Source of the DNA: Gammaproteobacteria bacterium
GTDB lineage: Bacteria; Pseudomonadota; Gammaproteobacteria; GCA-001735895
Assembly: GCA_050298595.1 (NCBI GenBank)
Contig: JBNKUM010000051.1
Location: 1 to 54,052, forward strand
Reading direction: 5' to 3'
Length of the DNA: 54,052 bases
Shown here piece after piece: positions 45,805 through 54,052 of the stretch. Each line of letters starts with the position of its first letter. Positions within the stretch are counted from its first letter, which is position 1. The notes under the pieces were generated by a model. The model ran no database searches. It had not been told where the DNA came from and was given only the letters and a program-made list of their open reading frames with translations. The translations under genes were made by a program, and so were the position numbers.

Positions 45805-48411
45805 ATGATCGATGCTAAAAAGAGGAGTAACAAAAAATGGCCAGCAGGCATACTGTTCCTCTTTTTAACCAGACCGGTGGCTCTGGCTATAAACAAATTT
45901 CAATTTGCTGTTGCACTATTGCTATGTGCCTCTATCGCGTTCCCCCCTGTATATGCGCAATACCAGATGGAGAATTTAAGCCGTAGTGTAGTCGCGGTGA
46001 ATGCAGGTAGTGGCAATGTCTATATCGGATGGCGTTATCTGGGAACGGATCCGACAAATATCGCATTTAATGTTTATCGCAATAACACGCTGATTAATTC
46101 CAGTCCAATCACCAGTAGCACAAACTTTGTCGATAGCAATGGCAGCACCAGCGCTAAGTACACCGTGCGAGAGGTCATAAATGGTGTCGAGACGGGGTCG
46201 CCAGAATCGACTGTTGTCTGGAGCAATCAATATCTCAGCGTAAATTTACAACGCCCAGCAGGCGGTAAAACGCCTGATGGCGTCTCTTATGATTATAGTC
46301 CGAATGACTTAAGCGTTGCCGATCTGGATGGCGATAGCGAGTATGAAATCATTGTTAAATGGGATCCTTCCAATTCAAAAGACAACTCTCAGTCTGGCTA
46401 TACCGGTAATGTCTATCTTGATGCCTATGAAATGAATGGAACCCTCTTGTGGCGCATTGATCTAGGCAGGAATATCAGAGCCGGTGCACACTATACCCAA
46501 TTTATTGCCTATGATCTGGATGGTGACGGACGTGCCGAAGTCGCCTGTAAAACGGCTGATGCTACGATTGATGGTCAGGGTCAGGTGATAGGTGACAAAA
46601 ACGCGGACCATCGAAACAGTAAAGGATACATATTGAGTGGCCCAGAGTATCTGACCATTTTTGACGGCAAAAGTGGCAGGGCGTTGGCCACAGCCGATTA
46701 TGTACCTGCTCGCGGTAAAGTCTCCTCATGGGGTGATAGTTATGGAAACCGTGTGGACCGCTTTCTGGCCGGCGTGGCCTATCTCGACGGCGAGCATCCC
46801 AGTCTAATTATGTCGCGCGGCTATTATACACGGGCAGTCATCGCCGCCTGGGATTGGCGCAATGGATCGCTAACTAATCGCTGGACATTTGACTCCAATA
46901 ACTCTGGTAATAGCGCGGCTGCTGGTCAAGGTGCCCACAATTTAAGCATTGGTGATGTTGACCAGGATAGCCGACAGGAGATTGTGTATGGTTCTGCGAC
47001 CATCGATGACAATGGGCGTTTATTGTATTCGACAGGCTTGTGTCATGGCGATGCACTGCACCTTGGAGATTTCAATCCTGATCGGGATGGTCTGGAAGTA
47101 TTCATGGTGCATGAAGCCCCGAGTTGCTACGGCAAGAATGCCATCGAAATGCACGATGCGCGTACAGGTTCCATTCTCTGGAGCGACTCGGGGAACAGCG
47201 GCGATATAGGTCGCGGTTTAACGGCCGATATTGACCCTCGCTATCGGGGCTCGGAGTCCTGGGCTTCAAGCGGCAGTATGAACTCTGCAACCGGACAGAA
47301 TCTCGGTTCCAGTAGGCCGTCGATCAATTTTGCTGTCTGGTGGGATGCGGATCCGTTGCGAGAAATACTCGACAGGACGGTTATTGATAAGTGGAACGTT
47401 GATAAGTCATCCACCGATCGTTTGCTTACCTCTTACAATTATGGCACTGCATCCAATAATAGCACCAAAGCGAATCCAGGGATTACAGCGGATCTATTTG
47501 GTGACTGGCGAGAGGAAGTTATCTGGCGGCACGACAATAATCAGCAATTGTTGATCTTTACCACAACAGATGTCACCGACATGCGTCAATTCACCTTGAT
47601 GCACGATCCGCAGTATCGCGTAGCTGTGGCGTGGCAGAATTCTGGTTATAACCAGCCACCCCATCCAGGCTTCTATTTAGGTAGTGGTATGACAACACCG
47701 CCGCAACCCGATATTTATGTAGTGGGTGGGTCGAATGACTCAGCTGACCCTGTTGATCCGAATAATTCAGCTGGTGTAACCATAGAGGAAAGTACCACAG
47801 GTTATTGTGGCGTGGACGGATTGATCGAAAGCAATAACACCGGTTTTACTGGTAGTGGTTTTGCCAATACCAAAAATGAGATTTCCACTGGCGTTGAATG
47901 GGAGATCAGTGTTCCAGACAACGGCAGTTACACCCTGAGCTGGCGTTACGCTAATGGCGCATCGACCAATCGCAGCGCTCAAGTGCTGGTGGATGGTAGT
48001 ACAGTGGTATCGAGTGTCAGTTTCCAGAGCACTGGCTTATGGACAGGTTGGAGTAGTGCTTCGACTGATATCACTCTGAATGCTGGTAGTCATCGCATTC
48101 GACTACAGTCAACAATGAGCGAAGGACTGGCAAATATAGATAATCTGACGATTGGCGGGAACAATCCGCAAGCTGCCGATTGTAATAGCACTCCAGGTCA
48201 ACCTGACACTAGTCCGACTTCGGTTTCGACTCAGATTTCGACTCGGGTTCCGACTCCCAGTCCAGATCAGGAAGTCCCCAGCGGTGTTGGAGCTACTACC
48301 CCAGTAGGGCTCGTGATAATGATTGGAATGCTGCTTTTTAGGCCCCGTTGTTCACTGTATATACAGTCTAAGCGGGGCATGAAAAAAGCTGTTTCGTCAA
48401 TACAAGTTTAA
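45805..48411 (+). CDS. PL11 rhamnogalacturonan lyase (YesW-like) with CBM35-like module and C-terminal membrane anchor
   Basis: QMENLSR, WR.LGTD, DLDGD..YEIIVKWDP, NIRAGAHYTQF, WGDSYGNRVDRFLA, HGDALH, MHDPQYR, YNQPPHP; GFTGSGFAN/WRYANG CBM. Confidence 0.93.
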   Translation: MIDAKKRSNKKWPAGILFLFLTRPVALAINKFQFAVALLLCASIAFPPVYAQYQMENLSRSVVAVNAGSGNVYIGWRYLGTDPTNIAFNVYRNNTLINSSPITSSTNFVDSNGSTSAKYTVREVINGVETGSPESTVVWSNQYLSVNLQRPAGGKTPDGVSYDYSPNDLSVADLDGDSEYEIIVKWDPSNSKDNSQSGYTGNVYLDAYEMNGTLLWRIDLGRNIRAGAHYTQFIAYDLDGDGRAEVACKTADATIDGQGQVIGDKNADHRNSKGYILSGPEYLTIFDGKSGRALATADYVPARGKVSSWGDSYGNRVDRFLAGVAYLDGEHPSLIMSRGYYTRAVIAAWDWRNGSLTNRWTFDSNNSGNSAAAGQGAHNLSIGDVDQDSRQEIVYGSATIDDNGRLLYSTGLCHGDALHLGDFNPDRDGLEVFMVHEAPSCYGKNAIEMHDARTGSILWSDSGNSGDIGRGLTADIDPRYRGSESWASSGSMNSATGQNLGSSRPSINFAVWWDADPLREILDRTVIDKWNVDKSSTDRLLTSYNYGTASNNSTKANPGITADLFGDWREEVIWRHDNNQQLLIFTTTDVTDMRQFTLMHDPQYRVAVAWQNSGYNQPPHPGFYLGSGMTTPPQPDIYVVGGSNDSADPVDPNNSAGVTIEESTTGYCGVDGLIESNNTGFTGSGFANTKNEISTGVEWEISVPDNGSYTLSWRYANGASTNRSAQVLVDGSTVVSSVSFQSTGLWTGWSSASTDITLNAGSHRIRLQSTMSEGLANIDNLTIGGNNPQAADCNSTPGQPDTSPTSVSTQISTRVPTPSPDQEVPSGVGATTPVGLVIMIGMLLFRPRCSLYIQSKRGMKKAVSSIQV

Positions 48412-48480
48412 CGGGGCCAGAGTCACAAGCTCTGTACCCATCAGACCCTGGAATGTCAGGCTATTAGAAAGAGTATACAA

Positions 48481-50121
48481 ATGTTTACAGATAGTAAAAA
48501 ACACTCACGGTCCCGCTTACTTTTCTCAAGTCTGGTTGTTCTACTGACTTTCATATTAAGTGGTTGTAACCCGGATGATAGCGCATCCAGCAACCCGGAT
48601 CCGACACCGATCCCAACAGCAGTGCCAACGGCTGTCCCAACAGCAGTCCCAACAGCGATCCCAACAGCGATCCCAACGGCAGTTCCAACGGCAGTTCCAA
48701 CGGCAGTTCCAACGGCAGTCCCAACGGCAGTCCCAACGGCAGTCCCAACGGCAGTCCCAACGGCAGTCCCAACGGCAGTCCCAACGGCAGTCCCAACGGC
48801 AGTCCCAACGGCGGAGCCGAACATCCCATCCAATCAGCAGCCGAGCGCCAGTATCTCAGCGCCTCAGAGCGCCATCTCTGGTCAGACGGTTACCCTGGAT
48901 GGTAGAGCCTCCTCCGACCCGGATGGTGACACGATTACTTATCTATGGACTCAGACACAAGGAAAGAGCATCACTCTGACGGACAATACCAACCCGAGTC
49001 TCAGCTTTGTTACGCCAACTGTCGATAAACCCACGACCTTCACCTTTCAGTTGACAGTGGACGATGGTTCTCTTAGCGGCAATACCAGTGTGCAGTTGCT
49101 GGTGTTGCCCGTGACACCTGACCCCGCCGCCACCGGGCTGCATGTTTCTGGAACACAAATCCTCGAAAGCAACGGCGAAGCCTTTGTCATGCGCGGTATT
49201 AACGTTGCTCATGCCTGGTATCCAGATCATACAGCCAGCTCGCTGAGCGATATTGCAAAAACAGGTGCCAACACCGTTCGTATCGTACTCGCAAGCGGCG
49301 ACCGTTGGACCCAAACCAGTGAGTCAATGGTAGAGAGCCTGATTGCACAGGCCAAAGCCAATAAGTTAATCGCGATTCTGGAAGTGCATGACACCACGGG
49401 TTATGGAGAGCAATCGGGCGCCGCCACCCTGAGTCAGGCGGTGAACTACTGGAAAAGCATCAAAAGCGCGCTGATCGGGCAAGAGGACTACGTCATTATC
49501 AATATCGGCAACGAGCCTTTTGGCAATGGCCAGCCAGCCACTGCCTGGACCAATGGCCATATAGACGCCATTAAAAGCCTGCGCGACGCAGGATTCACAC
49601 ATGCGCTCATGGTGGACGCCGCCAACTGGGGGCAGGATTGGCAAAATACCATGCGCGATAATGCGGTTACCGTGCTGGCTACCGATCCACAAAAAAATGT
49701 GATTTTCAGCGTGCACATGTATCAGGTTTACAAAACAGCTAACACCATTGATAGCTATATGACGAGCTTTTTAGAAAAAGATCTGGCATTGGTGGTGGGT
49801 GAATTTGGAGCCGACCATCAAGGCGAAGATGTAGATGAAGCCTCGATCATGAGTTATGCCAGACAATACGGATATGGCTATCTCGGCTGGTCATGGTCAG
49901 GTAATAGCGGAGGGACGGAATCACTGGATATAGCCCAGAGCTTCGATGCCAGTAGCCTCAGCGGTTGGGGCGAAACCCTCATTAACGGTGTGAATGGCAT
50001 CAAGGCAACGTCTCAGACAGCCGGGATATTTGTTAATAGTACAGATCCGACGTCGGCGCCGGAAAACCAGGCTCCCAATGCCAAAATTACAGTGGCTCCT
50101 CCAGGGTCAGGACAGATCTGA
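48481..50121 (+). CDS. Lipoprotein GH5 beta-mannanase type enzyme with PTAV linker and PKD-like domain; C-terminus appears truncated
   Basis: LSGC lipobox; SSDPDGD..Y.W.Q; MRGIN.AHAWY, GANTVRIVL, EVHDTTG, IGNEP, DAANWGQD, FSVHMY, GEFG, WSWSGN. Confidence 0.92.
   Translation: MFTDSKKHSRSRLLFSSLVVLLTFILSGCNPDDSASSNPDPTPIPTAVPTAVPTAVPTAIPTAIPTAVPTAVPTAVPTAVPTAVPTAVPTAVPTAVPTAVPTAVPTAVPTAEPNIPSNQQPSASISAPQSAISGQTVTLDGRASSDPDGDTITYLWTQTQGKSITLTDNTNPSLSFVTPTVDKPTTFTFQLTVDDGSLSGNTSVQLLVLPVTPDPAATGLHVSGTQILESNGEAFVMRGINVAHAWYPDHTASSLSDIAKTGANTVRIVLASGDRWTQTSESMVESLIAQAKANKLIAILEVHDTTGYGEQSGAATLSQAVNYWKSIKSALIGQEDYVIINIGNEPFGNGQPATAWTNGHIDAIKSLRDAGFTHALMVDAANWGQDWQNTMRDNAVTVLATDPQKNVIFSVHMYQVYKTANTIDSYMTSFLEKDLALVVGEFGADHQGEDVDEASIMSYARQYGYGYLGWSWSGNSGGTESLDIAQSFDASSLSGWGETLINGVNGIKATSQTAGIFVNSTDPTSAPENQAPNAKITVAPPGSGQI
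48613..48816 (+). repeat. 17 x 12-bp tandem repeat encoding PTA(V/I)
   Basis: Consensus unit CCAACGGCAGTC, counted directly. Confidence 0.97.
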
Positions 50122-50308
50122 CATGATGGTGGATAGCCTGCATATTGCGGCAGTGGGCGCATACCAGCTGGCGCGCCTTTTAGCCGAAGCCATATCTGAA
50201 AGTAATCTTACCGCACTAAAGAGTTATGTTATCAAAGAAAATTTCGGCTCAGATAGGCGTCCAACTGTCGATGGATGGAATCCTCGGAAAGGGTACTCTT
50301 ATGATTAA
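50092..50308 (+). pseudogene. C-terminal relic of an SGNH/GDSL esterase-like gene
   Basis: DSLHIAAVGAYQLARLLAEAI resembles SGNH block V (DxxH plus helix); out of frame with the mannanase. Confidence 0.5.
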
Positions 50309-50721
50309 TGTCACAGTCTGTCAACTGAAAGGGGAGAGAGAAGATAGACTCTGTCCCAGATAGCGCTTACTTAAGTAAAAACAGTGAGTGAAAACAAGTT
50401 AAATTGGTGAGGAAGCGATTTTTTAGTCAGAGTTAATACTGCCTTGAGTAAGAGTGTGCCCTAAAACTTAGATTTAGAGGCTTATACAGGGGGGGCAATA
50501 AAAGTCTAAATATCAGATTTATTACAGTCTAAGAATCTCAATATAATCCTGATCTAGAAGATGAGTTTATTGAGATTGATCAGCTGACCAGGTCAGATCG
50601 GAAATGCAGCTGGCTGAATATTGATCATTGAAAAGATGATTGGTGGCGGCTTATGAACAGGCCCTTAGTATAAGGTGTTAGATTAGAAAAAAGTTTTCAT
50701 AGTTATTTTATTATTTAAAGG

Positions 50722-52029
50722 ATGGATTTGGTTATTCCTCAAACTACTTTTATAGCAATGGAGTACATCTTTAAAGATGGAGATCCTAGTGAGTGTGCTT
50801 ACATCATCGAGTCCGGTATGGTGGAGATTTTGCTTGATCACGGCGGAGATGAGCTGGTCATTGCAACCTTGAGTAAAGGTGATATTCTCGGTGAAATATC
50901 TCTTATTGATCGATTACCGAGAATCGGCTCGGCACGTGCAGTCGTAACTACTGAAGTTACCGAAATCCCTTTCGATTACTTTAGCCAGAAAATTAAACAG
51001 TCCGATCCTGCCATTAGAATGTTCCTACGCCATGTCATGGCTCGGTATCGTGAGTTGACTACCAGGCTTCAAACTGTTGCCTCCAGTTTAGCTTATGTCG
51101 GTGACAATGGGGCGTTAGAAGCGCACACATCAACGACCATGGAACTAAAAAATGTGTCCATGCTATACACTGATCTACAAAATCGAATCGACTCAGCTGT
51201 CACAAAGCCCAAATATTTTGATAGCAAGTCGGCAGTCAGTGAAAATACTCTGGAATTTACCAAACTAATGTTTACTGAGGAAAAGTTATTAAGAAAAGCG
51301 GTGGATAATAAAGAGTTCGTCATGCACTATCAGCCGATAATTGAACTGGTTGGAAACAAGATGGTCGGCTGCGAGGCTCTGGTACGCTGGAACCATCCAT
51401 CTGGTGAATTAGTATCTCCCTCAGTCTTTATAAACCAGCTGGAAAAAAGCAATTTGATTATTGATATGGGGTACTGGATAGCAGAGCAGGCCTGTCAGTT
51501 CCAGAATCGTATTTACGACCAGTTTCGTTACAAATTTTTTGTAGCCATTAATCTTTCCGGAAAACAATTTGATGATCAAATGCTGATCAAGAAACTCACT
51601 GATATTATGGAAAAAACTGGTGCCAGATGTAATCGAATCGAGTTTGAGATAACAGAAAGCATATTGATAGAGAACCCAGAATATATTTCTAAAGCGTTAC
51701 ATGAGTTAAAGGAATTTGGTGTAGGTCTAGCGATAGACGACTTTGGTACAGGCTATTCGAGTTTCAGTAATCTACATAAACTCCCCTTTGATAAACTTAA
51801 AATAGATCGTACATTTATAAGTTCCATGGCGCATGCCAGTAAGAGTAAACAGATTGTTAAGTCAATGATTAATATGTCTTACGATCTGGGTATGACAGTG
51901 GTAGCTGAAGGTATTGAGTTGAGGAGTGAAGTTGATATCTTACATGAGTATCAGGCAACCTACGGACAGGGGTACTACTTTTCCAGGCCCATAAATGAAA
52001 CTGATTTCGTAAAACTCCTCCAGCCTTAA
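50722..52029 (+). CDS. cNMP-binding plus EAL-domain c-di-GMP phosphodiesterase
   Basis: IFKDGD..YIIESG..GEISL..PR..SA; YQP, EALVRW, INLS, EITE, DDFGTGYSS, KIDR, AEGIE, QGYYF. Confidence 0.92.
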   Translation: MDLVIPQTTFIAMEYIFKDGDPSECAYIIESGMVEILLDHGGDELVIATLSKGDILGEISLIDRLPRIGSARAVVTTEVTEIPFDYFSQKIKQSDPAIRMFLRHVMARYRELTTRLQTVASSLAYVGDNGALEAHTSTTMELKNVSMLYTDLQNRIDSAVTKPKYFDSKSAVSENTLEFTKLMFTEEKLLRKAVDNKEFVMHYQPIIELVGNKMVGCEALVRWNHPSGELVSPSVFINQLEKSNLIIDMGYWIAEQACQFQNRIYDQFRYKFFVAINLSGKQFDDQMLIKKLTDIMEKTGARCNRIEFEITESILIENPEYISKALHELKEFGVGLAIDDFGTGYSSFSNLHKLPFDKLKIDRTFISSMAHASKSKQIVKSMINMSYDLGMTVVAEGIELRSEVDILHEYQATYGQGYYFSRPINETDFVKLLQP

Positions 52030-52127
52030 CCTGCTGAACCCATATAAGCATTTTCTGTGCAGGCAAAAATATCGAGCCAGGGTTAAGGGATATCAAGCAG
52101 TAATAAATCACAATTAAATTCAGGGAA

Positions 52128-52212
52128 AGCTGTTGAATTTTTCACAGAAAATATTCAACAGCATGGCTTTATTGGGTAACTGTAAAGCAGGTATTGACGG
52201 TGATTTGTAGCT
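52128..52212 (+). promoter_or_regulatory. Partial copy D (distal ~85 bp) of the 0.9-kb block
   Basis: TGTTGAATTTTTCACA..GCATGGCTTTATTGGGTAACTGTAAAGCAG matches the distal end of copies A-C. Confidence 0.65.
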
Positions 52213-52213
52213 A

Positions 52214-52510
52214 GTGCCTATCCATAAACTCCCAACCTGCTGAAAAATAGGAAAATAATTTAACGCAGGTATTAAAAAAGGCTCTGAGGTTTTGAAGAAT
52301 TATTTTCGACAAAAAAATCCAGAAACCGGAGAGCCTTACCATGCGAGAAACCCGTACAGCTCAAGTTTGGCGACTTTCTCAGGGCTCGGTCGAATTTGCT
52401 CGGTACACATCACGAGATCCTCACCTTAATAGAAGAGGACCAGGTGATGGAACCAACCTGTAGCATCGGACGTAAAGGCCTTTCGCTGTATGCTGCTTAA
52501 ACAAAATCGT
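52214..52510 (+). mobile_element. Degraded IS (ISNCY-like) left end and transposase 5' fragments
   Basis: MRETRTAQ at 52341, then out-of-frame HHEILTLIEED..GRKGL and RCMLLKQ-like fragments. Confidence 0.5.
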
Positions 52511-52824
52511 GGGCGAGATGGCGATACCCGTTATCGTGAAGTGCAAAACATGCATCGCTCTGTAGCGAATATGAGTGTGTTCAAAGGCGATGTTGAACGT
52601 CGCCCATCAGCATCAGGAAGTGTATGGTGACGGCCCAGGTAAACTTTCGCCGCGTTGAGGCCTGAGTTTTTATTATCTCAAGCTTTTTTTAGGGGGTGTG
52701 TCAAATGTAACAAAAGACCGTATCTATATCCTAAATAGGAGTGGCAATTGAAAGTACTGCCACAAAAGCCCGTCTGATGGCTTATCACGCATTTTAAATT
52801 GAGGCAATAAAAAACTTAAAAAAC

Positions 52825-53716
52825 CTGTCAAGTATGTCACAGAATATTCCTTCAGTATGGCTTTGTTGGGTAACTTTTAAGCAGAAATGGATGGTATTTA
52901 TAACTCAGTGATGGCAGTAAAATATTTAAATGGGGGCTGAGTAAAGTGATGTACACAATACGTATGTAATTTAAGGCTTTGTGTTTGACGAAATTATTAT
53001 GTTTAGCTGTCGTGTTAAAGCGCGAATTGATATGTCATAGGAACCACCGATCAAAGGGTAAACTACAGCCTGGCCTCGATTTTTGATCATAGAGATCTGG
53101 TTGAATCACCTTCAAAAAAATTATAACACCACCCGATTGTTAAAGGTTAAACGCGTTAAAAGTTCTGATTTAGATTTGTGCGAAAAATCTCATAATATTT
53201 TACGTTTTTAATCGTACAGCCTGTCTTTATGAAAAAAGATATTGATTTTTTAAATGTCAAGCATTTGATTATTGAATTTGGCGTAAAGGTCTCTCTGTTC
53301 TGAATGTTGAGTTGAAGTGCGTTTTTAAAAGCTAAAATGAGTTATATGCCAGCAGGTGATGAGCAGCGCTGTATCTAAATTTTTAAAAGGGGAATGATTG
53401 ATTAATATGCTTGAAAAAAATAAATTTAAATTGATATTTTTCATGAATCGATAAGCATAAAACAACCCCTGCATGTAAAAGAATTTGATGTGTATGTTTA
53501 TAAGGGGGCGGGTTGAAACAGGCGTGTTTATTTCATCAAAAAAGCTCTGGCCTCGATAAATTTTGATCCATATAGCCATAATTGAATTTAGGAAAGAAAT
53601 TTATAGGATTTGGGTCAGAAGCGTTAGGCAACTTTTCGAATGAAGTAATAAAGAGCGTTTCACAAACCAGGAATTAAAATCCTGAATGTGCTTTTGGGAA
53701 GGGGCTACTTTTTAAA
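52825..53716 (+). promoter_or_regulatory. Paralogous ~0.9-kb non-coding upstream block, copy C
   Basis: CRP-like sites 52826-52841 and 53177-53192, IHF consensus 53258-53270, CAGGA-N7-TCCTG 53668-53684. Confidence 0.75.
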
Positions 53717-53782
53717 TTTATTGTTCTGCGTGACTGGTGCGATAAGGGCCTGTCGATGCGTAATACCTGATGGAGGGTTCAT

Positions 53783-54052
53783 ATGATTTTTCGTAGTCAA
53801 CAATTACAGCCTCGCTTGCTATTCTCAAGCCTGGCTCTCTTAATGCCATTCATATTGAATGGCTGTGCTCCGGATGATGTCACATCGGGCATCTCTGATC
53901 CAACTCCGGTTCCAACACAGGTCCCAACACAGGTCCCAACACAGGTTCCAACTCAGGTTCCAACACAGGTTCCAACACAGGTGCCTACGCAGGTTCCAAC
54001 ACAGGTACCTACGCAGGTTCCTACTCCAGAACCGGTTTCATCGTGTACTGGA
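53783..54052 (+). CDS. 5' part of a lipoprotein with PTQV linker (probable CAZyme); runs off the window
   Basis: GGAGG RBS; MIFRSQQLQPRLLFSSLALLMPFILNGCAPDD is paralogous to the 48481 N-terminus. Confidence 0.85.
   Translation, partial: MIFRSQQLQPRLLFSSLALLMPFILNGCAPDDVTSGISDPTPVPTQVPTQVPTQVPTQVPTQVPTQVPTQVPTQVPTQVPTPEPVSSCTG
53912..54019 (+). repeat. 9 x 12-bp tandem repeat encoding PTQV
   Basis: CCWACNCAGGTN units, counted directly. Confidence 0.95.

Noticed and set aside
48456-48979. GTAV, LPLG and QSQR-repeat ORFs
   Set aside because: Alternative-frame shadows of the PTAV array

Overview
Gammaproteobacterial-type chromosomal region with four parts. (1) 1-3.1 kb: the decaying 3' tail of an integron cassette array (five recognisable attC sites plus two remnants; no integrase in the window). 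(2) 3.3-15.5 kb: a beta-helix lipoprotein, MITEs, and a chvE-gguAB-araD1-SDR-dehydratase-aldehyde dehydrogenase oxidative pentose (probably L-arabinose) operon whose divergent LysR regulator survives only as a 26-codon relic. (3) 15.7-39.1 kb: a nitrogen-fixation region. It holds two accessory operons with sigma54 promoters and NifA-type UAS, a double-DUF1127 gene with an apparent ORF-less sibling sRNA, ackA-pta, ridA, draT and nifHDKT-fdx-nifY-orf-lrv-orf. (4) 39.2-54 kb: a Trp-Trp leader peptide/attenuator, then secreted polysaccharide enzymes with 12-bp tandem PT-x-V linkers (Cip1-like+GH5, PL11+CBM35, GH5 mannanase, one partial gene) and a cNMP-EAL gene. The most unusual unannotated signals are three paralogous ~0.9-kb non-coding blocks in front of the CAZyme transcription units, the DUF1127/sibling-sRNA pair, the Trp leader in front of an unknown gene, and the NifA-type operon carrying a SIR2-like protein and a ferroxidase-dead bacterioferritin. 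All family assignments are by-eye motif recognition; no database searches were run.
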